Positions 27,554 through 36,337 of a DNA stretch of 64,000 bases are shown in pieces; within the stretch, counting starts at the first letter, position 1; every line of letters begins with the position of its first letter. Position numbers and translations under genes: made by a program. The notes under the pieces were generated by a model that worked only from the letters and a program-made list of their open reading frames with translations, had not been told where the DNA came from and did no database searches. This DNA comes from Ostreococcus lucimarinus. Lineage: Eukaryota. The DNA lies in NCBI GenBank assembly GCA_000092065.1, contig CP000587.1, one strand, 5' to 3'.

Positions 27554-30266
27554 TTACTTCGCTTCTTTTTCCTTTCTACTCGCGGCAAGCTCCGTTTGAA
27601 TGGCCATGGGGACGGGCTCGTAGCGCGCAAGCTTCATGGAGTAGTTGGCGCGACCCTTGGTCATGCCGCGCAACTTGGAGACGTAGTTGAACATTTCCGC
27701 GAGCGGCACGAACGCCTTGACCGTCTTCATGCCACCCGGCTTGTCGCCGAGCTCGTTGACGGCACCACGACGAGAGTTCAAGTCACCGATAACGTCACCC
27801 ATGGATTCTTCCGGGGTGATGACATCAACCTCCATGACGGGCTCCAAAAGCTTCGGGGCGCACTTGGAGATGCCTTCTCTGAACGCGCCCTTGGCGGCGA
27901 TTTCGAAAGCCATGACGGAGGAATCGACGTCGTGGTAAGAACCATCGAACAAGGTGGCGCGCAAGTCCACGACAGGGAAACCGGCGATGATACCAGAGCC
28001 CATCATTTGTTCCAAACCGCTCGCGACGCCCGGAATGTATTCCTTCGGCACGGTGCCACCCTTGATGTCGGTGGTGAACTCGAAACCGGAACCCGGTTCG
28101 AGCGGTTCAAACTTGATTTTAACCTCGGCGTATTGACCGGAACCACCAGACTGCTTCTTGTGCGTGTACTTGACTTCACCCGGCTTGGAGATAGATTCAC
28201 GGTAGTTGACTTGCGGCGCGCCGACGTTGGCTTCAACCTTGAATTCGCGCTTGAGGCGATCGACGATGATGTCGAGGTGAAGCTCACCCATACCTTCGAT
28301 GACGGTTTGGTTGGTTTCTTCGTCACGCGTGAAGTGGAAAGACGGATCTTCCTGCGCGAGCTTGATCAAACCGGTGGACATCTTTTCGACGTCAGCCTTG
28401 GTCTTCGGCTCGATGGCAACCTTGATAACGGGATCGGGGAACTCCATGCGTTCGAGGATAATTTGCTTTCCTTGGTCGCACAACGTGTCACCGGTGGTGG
28501 TGTCCTTGAGACCAGCGATGGCGACGATGTCACCAGTGCGCGCCACTTTGACGTCCTCACGCTCGTTCGCGTGCATCTCGAGGAGGCGACCGATGCGTTC
28601 CTTCTTACCCTTGACGGAGTTGTACGCGTAAGAGCCGGATTCGATGATGCCAGAGTACACGCGGGTGAAGGTGAGCGAACCGACGAACGGATCAGTCATG
28701 ACCTTGAACGCCAACGCAGAGAGCGCTTCATCGTCATCCGCCTTGCGGGTGAGCTTCTTTTCGGCGTCATCGACGTCGGTACCTTGGACATCCGGGACAT
28801 CCGTCGGCGCCGGCAAGTACGCGAGGACGGCGTCGAGCATCGGTTGGACACCCTTGTTCTTGAACGCGGAGCCGCACAACACCGGGACGAAGGAGAGAGA
28901 GCACGTGCCCTTACGGATGCACTTGACAATCTCTTCCTCGGTCGGTTCTTCACCTTCGAGGTACTTTTCCATGACGTCGTCGTCTTGCTCGACGGCCATT
29001 TCAATCATGTTGGCGCGCATCTCTTCAGCCTTCTCCTTGAGGTCGTCCGGAATTTCGACAACGTCCCAAGACGCGCCGAGCTCTTCACCCTTCCAGACGA
29101 GCGCCTTCATGGTGATGAGATCGACGACGCCGGCGAAGTCTTCTTCGGCGCCGATCGGGATTTGGAGCGGGCACGGACGCGCGCCGAGGTTCTTGACAAT
29201 CATGTCGATGGTGCGGAAGTAGTTGGCACCCATGCGATCCATCTTGTTCACGAAGCACAAACGTGGAACGTGGTACTTGTCGGCTTGGCGCCAGACGGTT
29301 TCGGATTGCGGTTCGACACCGGCGACGGAGTCGAAGAGGCAAATGGCGCCGTCGAGCACGCGAAGCGCGCGTTCAACTTCCAACGTGAAATCGACGTGAC
29401 CAGGGGTATCGATGATGTTGATACGGTGATCGTTCCACGCGCACGTGGTCGCGGCGGACGTAATCGTGATACCGCGCTCTTGTTCTTGTTCCATCCAGTC
29501 CATCGTCGCCGCGCCTTCGTGCACTTCGCCGATTTTGTGCGAGCGACCGGTGTAGTACAACACGCGTTCCGTCGTCGTCGTCTTACCCGCATCGATGTGG
29601 GCCATGATACCGATGTTGCGGTACTTGTTCAACGGAATCTTCCGTGCTTCGGCTTCTTCGCCCTTGGCCGCGCGAACGACGTGGGTGCGTCGTTGCTGCT
29701 TTTGGTTCTGCGTTCGGGACGAGCGTAATCAATCGCGCGCGTCGTCAGTCGTCTCGTCCCTCGCGCGCCGTCCTCGCGCGCCGTCCTCGCGCGCGTAAAT
29801 TTCCCTCAACCATTTCCCCGCATCTCCGTCCCTCGCGCGCCGTCCTCGCGCGCCGCATCGCGCGACGCCTCCCCCGACGCGCGAAGGGATAAGGCGGCCG
29901 CCGCCAGGGTGACGTCGAACGTCGCGCCCGTCCCCTCGCGCATCGCGCGCGCCCGCCCCCCTCCGCCGCCGCGCATCGCGCGCTCAAAATTATCCCGCCC
30001 CGTTTCGCCGCGCGCGCGCGCCGCCGCGCGTTCGCCGCGCCCGCGAAGCCCCCGCGCGCGCGCCGTCGAGGGTGACGTCGCATTCCCATCGTCGTCGTCG
30101 TCGCGCGTCGCGCGCGTCGTCGTCGCGTCGCGCGCGCGCGCGTCGCGCGTCGCGCGTCCGAAAATCGCCGCGCGCAAAACTCGCGCACCTCGGTGGATCG
30201 ACGCACCGGCGAGGCGGCGTACGCGCATCGCGCGGTGGTCACGGAAGACGCCACGGAAGACATCAT
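27554..30266 (-). CDS. FUSA: Chloroplast-type elongation factor G; two exons (30266..30189 or ..30207, and 29707..27554)
   Basis: Near-identical to plastid/cyanobacterial EF-G strings: [74 protein letters not shown]. The track start is TTG; the frame stays open upstream (..[21 protein letters not shown]) with no ATG. An inferred upstream exon ([20 protein letters not shown]...) supplies the start. Confidence 0.88.
29708..30188 (-). other. Putative EF-G intron (481 nt; 499 nt if the 30206 donor is used)
   Basis: Minus-strand donors GTGCGT (30206-30201) and GTGCGC (30188-30183) are both phase 0. ACTGACGA at 29749-29742; acceptor CAG ends at 29708. Exon 2 starts in frame at 29707. Confidence 0.55.
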
Positions 30267-30444
30267 TCGTTCGGTGCGGGGAGTGCGGCGCGCGGCGTCG
30301 CGCGCGCGCGCGGGCGGTCGGCGACCGACCGCGTCGTCGATAAAAAAGCATCGCGCGTCGTCGGCATCGTATTCGAGCGATGGTATCGTCACGATGCGTC
30401 GACCACGCGCGAGGTAAAAAAAGCGGCACATCTCCATAAGAAAA

Positions 30445-30460
30445 TGACGTGCCTACGTCA
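30445..30460. promoter_or_regulatory. Palindromic ACGT-core element TGACGT-gcct-ACGTCA (bZIP/CRE-like)
   Basis: A perfect inverted hexamer pair in the 560-bp EF-G/thioesterase divergent spacer. Any function is inferred only. Confidence 0.25.
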
Positions 30461-30656
30461 CGTTCGTATTCAAGCGCGCGCCGACCCAGTTCGCGTACGC
30501 GACCGCGCGTCGCGTACGGGTCGTCGGCCCGCAGAGCGCGCGTTCGCGGCGCGACGACGACGACGGGCGACGCGCGCGCGCGACGCTCGACGCACGCGCG
30601 ACGCGCGCGCGGCGCGACGGCGCGCGCGGTGATCGCGGTGATCGCGGCGGTGTGCG

Positions 30657-30688
<32 letters not shown>

Positions 30689-30826
30689 GCGACGGCGATC
30701 GGCGCGGCGCGCGCGGCGTCGACGCGGGCGGTTCGGTACGGCGCGCGACGCGACGTCGGGGGTGAGGGACGACTCGGGACGACGCGCGCGCGCGCGAGCT
30801 CGAGCTCGGTGGACGACGCGCGCGCG

Positions 30827-31507
30827 ATGGCGTCGTACCCGGCGCCGATCGTCGTCGAACCGCGGGGAGGCGACGCGAACGCGGCGATGATTCTGTTGCA
30901 CGGATTGGGCGACACCGGACGCGGATGGGCGGGCGCGGCGGGGCAGATTCCCACGCCAGCGGGCGCGCACGTGCGATGGGTGTTTCCGACGGCGAAAACG
31001 ATGCCGGTGACGCTGAACGGAGGGATGCGCATGACGGCGTGGTTCGATTTGAACGCGTTGGACGAACGCTCCATCGTGGACGACAGAGGCGAAATCGACG
31101 CGTCGGTTGAATATTTGAACGCGTTGGTGCGAGAGCAGATGGATAAAGGAATTCCGAGCGAGAAAATTATGATCGGCGGGTTCTCGCAGGGCGGCGCGAT
31201 CGCGCTGACGGCGGCGTTGCGGTCGGAGGTGAAGCTCGCGGGGTGCGTGGCGATGTCGACGTATCTTCCGTTGCGCGCCGATTACCCGGACAGGTTCGGC
31301 GCGCACGCCAAGAGTTTGAAGATTTTTCAAGCGCACGGAACGAGCGACATGGTGTTGCAATACTCGTACGGAAAAATGTCCGCGGAATTGATGCAAGCGG
31401 CGGGCGTCGATGTTGATTTTAAGACGTACAACGGGATGGCGCACAGCGCGTGCGCCGAGGAATTCGACGACGTCGCCGACTTCTTGAAAGCCAGGCTGGC
31501 TGGATGA
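30827..31507 (+). CDS. Acyl-protein thioesterase/lysophospholipase-carboxylesterase family
   Basis: ILLHGLGDTG, the nucleophile GGFSQGGA, and the His region FQAHGTSDMVL...MAHS. The track start at 30449 is GTG; the first ATG is at 30827 (MASYPAPIVVEP). Confidence 0.75.
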   Translation: MASYPAPIVVEPRGGDANAAMILLHGLGDTGRGWAGAAGQIPTPAGAHVRWVFPTAKTMPVTLNGGMRMTAWFDLNALDERSIVDDRGEIDASVEYLNALVREQMDKGIPSEKIMIGGFSQGGAIALTAALRSEVKLAGCVAMSTYLPLRADYPDRFGAHAKSLKIFQAHGTSDMVLQYSYGKMSAELMQAAGVDVDFKTYNGMAHSACAEEFDDVADFLKARLAG

Positions 31508-31602
31508 TGTTTTTCTTCTAACTTTTGTGAAATATTCATGATCAATGGCATGAGCTACTACGTCTATCACGTCCTAATCTGTTTCTAATCTAGTGCGCCG
31601 CG

Positions 31603-33246
31603 CTATTTTTTCTCCTCCGCCTTGACCGACTCCTCGATCGAGCCGCTCCTGTCGTCGTGCATGCACCAATCCGGAATGAGCACGTAAATGAGCGGTATGG
31701 AGAAGAGTGGTAAGATGATACCGCATACGATCAACAAAGGGATGAGTTGGTCGAAGTTGCAGTGGCCGTGCACCAAGTCGGTGTGGATTCCCACAAACGT
31801 CATCGACGCCGACCCGAGCGTGAGCGCCACGCCCGAGGCGACGTTCACCACCCCGGCGAGCAGGGTGTACATCGTACACGATACTTCTTTGTCTACGATC
31901 TTCGACAGCACCGCATTCGCTGGCATGTACGTCAAAACATACGCGATTCCCTCGATGATGCCCTCGCCCATGACGTACGCGCTGCGATCGTCGATGCCCA
32001 TGGCGATGTTCCAGCGCAAGATGATCCATATATCCCCCAGCTTGGCGATCACCTTCGTGAGCGCGCACGCGAGAAATACGCTGCGTATTTTCGAACGACT
32101 CAAATATTTCTGAAAGAGCCAGATGCCGATCATTTGCGCCCCGAGGGAGAAAAGAAAGGTGGTGACGCTGTAAAACACGTAGCTAAAGTGCGGGCCATCG
32201 GGCACGCACTTGGCGCCTTCGGTGTACCAGTACGTCTTTGCCTGCCTCACGTTCACGCCGAGAACGCGATCGACGGCGACATAAATGAGTAAGCAAGCCT
32301 CATCCCGCTCCAAATGCGCGTACACGACTCCCGTCATGATGAGCAAGATGCCGAAACAAGTCGAGACGCAAAGCGCGAGATCCGTCTCAAACGCGTCTAC
32401 GAGTTGCATGCTGACCACCCCGACGGAAGCGAGGGTGATGGTAACGGTCACGACGAACACGTTCCAATACTTCTTCGCGAGCGCGTGCGCGTTGAAATCA
32501 CTCCCCACGCGCTCTTCCGGTAACAACCCGTACGCGGTGGTGAACGCAAACTGCGCCACGAAAGGCGTCACGAGCCAAAATATAAGCTTATAATCGCCTC
32601 GCGACAACCCGATGTACGCCAACAGCGTCCCGAAGATGCTCCCCACAGTAGCCACGGTCCAGCTATACGTCATTAAATCCCCACCGATCCGTTGCACCTC
32701 GGACATCGCCTCGAACACCCTCGCTCCCGCGAGCGAGTCCCCAAACGCCAACAGCATGTTCGTCGCCAACACAAATACTGTGTACCACGTCGCGTCGTCG
32801 GACGAGAACGTCTTCGTCGCAAGAACTATGATCGCAACTAGCCCCGTGACGGCGAACGTGGCGAGATAGTACCTCTTGCGATACCCAAATACCGGCGTCG
32901 TGTCCGTCACCATGCCCATGAATGGCTTCAACATCCAAGGAAAGCTCACGAGAACTTCGAAGCGCTGGAACGCCTGCGCGGAGAATTTCAGGTACCGCTG
33001 CGCGTACGGCAGCGAAGTGGTGCTGATCATGTGCTTCGCCGCGCCCTTGACGAAGAAATCGGCGGAGAACACGAACGCGAGGAGTTGCCAGCCGAACACC
33101 CCGCGCAGGCGCTCGTGAAAGGCGACGACGTCGGACAGCGGTGCGCACGACGCTCGCGCGCTCGCGGACGCCGCCGACGATGGATCATCGTCGTCGGCAC
33201 GTACACGCGCGCCGCGCGCGTCGTCGTCGCGCTTGGACGTCGCCAT
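31603..33246 (-). CDS. BT1/folate-biopterin transporter family MFS protein (paralog 1)
   Basis: Twelve-helix-type membrane protein. BT1-like N-terminal strings: LPYAQRYLKFSAQAFQRFEVLVSFPWMLKPFMGMVTDTTPVFGYRKRYYL. Confidence 0.7.
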   Translation of the reverse strand: MATSKRDDDARGARVRADDDDPSSAASASARASCAPLSDVVAFHERLRGVFGWQLLAFVFSADFFVKGAAKHMISTTSLPYAQRYLKFSAQAFQRFEVLVSFPWMLKPFMGMVTDTTPVFGYRKRYYLATFAVTGLVAIIVLATKTFSSDDATWYTVFVLATNMLLAFGDSLAGARVFEAMSEVQRIGGDLMTYSWTVATVGSIFGTLLAYIGLSRGDYKLIFWLVTPFVAQFAFTTAYGLLPEERVGSDFNAHALAKKYWNVFVVTVTITLASVGVVSMQLVDAFETDLALCVSTCFGILLIMTGVVYAHLERDEACLLIYVAVDRVLGVNVRQAKTYWYTEGAKCVPDGPHFSYVFYSVTTFLFSLGAQMIGIWLFQKYLSRSKIRSVFLACALTKVIAKLGDIWIILRWNIAMGIDDRSAYVMGEGIIEGIAYVLTYMPANAVLSKIVDKEVSCTMYTLLAGVVNVASGVALTLGSASMTFVGIHTDLVHGHCNFDQLIPLLIVCGIILPLFSIPLIYVLIPDWCMHDDRSGSIEESVKAEEKK

Positions 33247-33358
33247 CGCGCGTCGATGACTGCGGGCGCGATGGTGTTGGAGCGTCGGTCGACGCGCGGG
33301 CGCGGACTCTAGACTTGGTACGACTATCTAATGTTATCCATTAATCCGATCTATGTGT

Positions 33359-35059
33359 CTAAGTGGATTTCGCTAAGAGTGGTACGCGCTCGGTGGGCGC
33401 TTCGTTGGCGTCGTCGGCCGAGCTCGCGACGGCTTTACCCGTGTCCAGGTCGACGACGTCCTGCATATTAATGTTCGGGACGAAGACGAAGGTGAGGGGG
33501 ATGGAAACCAACGGAAGGAGCATGCCGCAGTAAAACACCAGGCTGGGTAAGCCTGAGAAGTCGCACGCACCGCCTTCGCCCGAGGTGAGGTCGGTTTTAA
33601 TCCCCGCTACGTCCATGGCGAAGACGCCGAGCGCGCTCGAGAGCGAGTAGCCGAGGTTGTTGAAGCTCGCCAAGATGGCAAACATCGTCGCCTCCATATT
33701 CTCTGGACACATCTTCGACATCAAAACCATGCTCGGCATGGATGCCATCATCCCAACCATCGGTTCCAACACGGTGTCGCCGATCAAGTAGAACGCCTTG
33801 TCCGATAATCCGACGCGAAGGTTCCAGCGCTTGACGATGCAGTAATCGGAGATGCTCGCCATGGAGCTCAAAATCGCCGACACCCAAAACGTCACTCGCA
33901 CGTTGGCGTTTGAAAAGAACACTTGAAATAAGTACACACCAATGGCGGTACAAATGCGCGCGATGATTGACGTGTACACGGAGAAAAAGAGATAATCAAA
34001 GTGCGGCCCGCCCGGGTTGCACTTTTCATCCACCGTGAACCAGTAACTCATCGCGCTTCCGAACGACACGCTCAGCACGCTGGTGAGAAACAGAAAGAAT
34101 GTGACGTTGGCGATGGATCTCGGCAACGCGACGTAAATCGACACGCTCAACACGAGGGTAATCCCGAACGAAATGGCTAAATCTACATACTTGTTCTCTG
34201 GCTGCAAAAATTGCACGACGCCGAGAAGCAAACACATCGACGCCATGAAAATCGACATCACGAACACCCTCCAGTTCTCGTTCCACAGCTCTTTCCCATA
34301 CACCTTCCTCGATCCACTCTCAGCCTCGTTTTCCGCGCGCTCGTCTCTTGGCACGACCTTTTCCTCCGGAAGCCATCCCGCGAGCGACGTGTACACCGCC
34401 TGCCCGCTCAGCGGCACCGCGATCCACATCAACGACCGATACGCCTCGTACTTGATGGAAAAAAAGCTACACGCCGTGGCGAAAACGGACCCAAACGTGA
34501 TGCACATCCACACGTAACTCACCATATCGCTCGACTTCGTCGGGTGCTCCCGCATGCGCTCGGTGTACTTGCCCTCCGTCAGCAAATCCGCCGTCGCCAC
34601 TTGAAAATTAATCGCCACCAAGCCGAGGACGTACCACGCCCCCATCCCCGGTTTGAATTCAACGACGGCCAAGTACACCAGCGCCGCGCATCCGAGCGCG
34701 CTGGAGATGGCGATGTAATATCGCTTGTGATACCCTCCGATTGGAAACAAATCCGAAATCATCCCCACGAGCGGTTTCACCGTCCACGGAAACATCGCCA
34801 CGATGCCGTATCGCTGCATCTCCTCCGCGGTGAACTTCAGGTACTTTTGCGAGTACGGCAGCGCCGCCGTGCTGACGAGCTGCATGAGCGCGCCCTTGAG
34901 TCCGAACGCGACGGAGAATATGAACACCAAAAGATTTCGTCCGTACGTCGCGCGAAGCGTGCGCAGCAGCGTCGCGGGATTACCGACGCCGCGCGCCGCG
35001 CGCGCCGTCGTCGACGGTTTCGCGTCGTCGTTTTCACCGCTCTCGCCCGGCGTCGCCAT
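33359..35059 (-). CDS. BT1/folate-biopterin transporter family MFS protein (paralog 2)
   Basis: Collinear with the upstream paralog: LPYSQKYLKFTAEEMQRYGIVAMFPWTVKPLVGMISDLFPIGGYHKRYYI. Confidence 0.7.
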   Translation of the reverse strand: MATPGESGENDDAKPSTTARAARGVGNPATLLRTLRATYGRNLLVFIFSVAFGLKGALMQLVSTAALPYSQKYLKFTAEEMQRYGIVAMFPWTVKPLVGMISDLFPIGGYHKRYYIAISSALGCAALVYLAVVEFKPGMGAWYVLGLVAINFQVATADLLTEGKYTERMREHPTKSSDMVSYVWMCITFGSVFATACSFFSIKYEAYRSLMWIAVPLSGQAVYTSLAGWLPEEKVVPRDERAENEAESGSRKVYGKELWNENWRVFVMSIFMASMCLLLGVVQFLQPENKYVDLAISFGITLVLSVSIYVALPRSIANVTFFLFLTSVLSVSFGSAMSYWFTVDEKCNPGGPHFDYLFFSVYTSIIARICTAIGVYLFQVFFSNANVRVTFWVSAILSSMASISDYCIVKRWNLRVGLSDKAFYLIGDTVLEPMVGMMASMPSMVLMSKMCPENMEATMFAILASFNNLGYSLSSALGVFAMDVAGIKTDLTSGEGGACDFSGLPSLVFYCGMLLPLVSIPLTFVFVPNINMQDVVDLDTGKAVASSADDANEAPTERVPLLAKST

Positions 35060-35264
35060 GACGACCGCGCGCGGCGAGCGCGTCCCGATGTGATGACGCC
35101 CGCGTGCGGGGTGTTGCGCGCGCGCTTCGCGCGCCGAGTCGAGGTCGACGGCGAGAAGGCACGATTCGGCGCGGCGCGATTCGACGCGGCGCGGTGTTGA
35201 TGATAAAACTACGTCGCGCGAACGTTCGCGCGAGGACGCGACGGCGCCGTCGCGCCGGACTAGA

Positions 35265-36080
35265 CTAGACGGTGAAGAAGAGCCGCGCCAAGCCGCGCAG
35301 GTAGTCGACGATTTCGCTCGCCCCGAGCTTGCTCTCGCCGTACACGCGATCGACGAACGCGATCGGGACCTCGCCCACGGTGTACCCCGCCTTCTTCGCC
35401 CTGTATATGATCTCCATCTGAAACGCGTACCCCCGCGACGTCGACCGCGCGACCAAATCCTCGAACGCGTCTCGTCGATAGCACCGAAAGCTCCCCGTCA
35501 AGTCGCTCGCGCCCGGATTCAGCGCCGCCTTGGCGATGTAATTCGCCACCATCGACGTCAACTTTCGCCTTAAATCCCACCCGCACACCCCCCCCCCGAG
35601 CGCGTACCGCGTCCCGCTCACGACGTCCAACTTTTCTCTTCGCCTCTTCGTCAACATCTCGGAAATGTACTTTGGATGATGGCTCAAATCCGCATCCATG
35701 ACGACCACCTCGCGTCCTCGCGCGCGTCGCAGCCCGTGCGCGTACGCCGTCCCGAGCCCTAATTTCCGCCCCCGTTCGCACAGCACCAAAAACGCGTCCT
35801 CGTGCGCGTCTCGCAGCGCGCGCACGACGTCCGCCGTCCCATCCGGCGACCCATCGTCGACGACGACGATCTCCCATCGCCCGCGGTCGTCGTCGAACGC
35901 GGCCTCGGCTTCGCGCGCGAGGTGGTACAGCGTCGCGATGTTCATGCGCTCGTCGTACGTCGGGACGATGATGGACACGGCGACGGCGTCGGCGCGGGGT
36001 CGCGTCGTCGTCGAGCGCGCCATCGGTGTATCGTCGACGCGTCGACGCGTCGTGGATTCATCATTTCGCGTCATCAGCAT
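35265..36080 (-). CDS. DPM1: Dolichol-phosphate mannosyltransferase catalytic subunit (DPM1, GT2)
   Basis: VSIIVPTYDERMNI, EIVVVDDGSPDGT, VVMDADLSHHPKYI, VVSGTRY, DLTGSFRCYRR, YAFQMEII. The track start at 36140 is GTG; the first ATG is at 36080. Confidence 0.85.
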   Translation of the reverse strand: MLMTRNDESTTRRRVDDTPMARSTTTRPRADAVAVSIIVPTYDERMNIATLYHLAREAEAAFDDDRGRWEIVVVDDGSPDGTADVVRALRDAHEDAFLVLCERGRKLGLGTAYAHGLRRARGREVVVMDADLSHHPKYISEMLTKRRREKLDVVSGTRYALGGGVCGWDLRRKLTSMVANYIAKAALNPGASDLTGSFRCYRRDAFEDLVARSTSRGYAFQMEIIYRAKKAGYTVGEVPIAFVDRVYGESKLGASEIVDYLRGLARLFFTV

Positions 36081-36105
36081 CCGTCCCGGGCAGTCACGGG
36101 GAGTG

Positions 36106-36119
36106 TAGGGTTTAGGGTT
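36106..36119. promoter_or_regulatory. Interstitial double telomere unit (TAGGGTTTAGGGTT; telo-box-like AAACCCTAAACCCTA on the minus strand)
   Basis: Two tandem telomere units 26-39 nt upstream of the DPM1 ATG, inside the DPM1/BRCT-gene bidirectional spacer. Confidence 0.45.
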
Positions 36120-36337
36120 GACGCGCGCGGGTGTTTTCACACGCCACCAGATGCGTGTTTCGCGCTAAGTAGTTTGGGTCCGCTTTAGTGGTATTTGGAT
36201 CCGTTATAGTGCCATCTTGGGTCCGCCCTCAGTGGTCGTCCGCGACTCCCGCGCAGGGGACGGAGCGCGCGGGACGTTCGACGCACGCAATGGCCGCGGG
36301 ACGTTGACGCATTCATTCGCGCGCGCGTCACACCGCG

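Noticed and set aside
27596-29728. 710-aa ORF antisense to EF-G
   Set aside because: It is a shadow ORF opposite a near-universally conserved protein, with repetitive D/R/G/V-rich sequence and no family resemblance.
30449-30826. N-terminal extension of the thioesterase ORF
   Set aside because: It has a GTG start and no in-frame ATG before 30827. The sequence is poly-Thr/Ala/Arg. The conserved alpha/beta-hydrolase core starts just after 30827.
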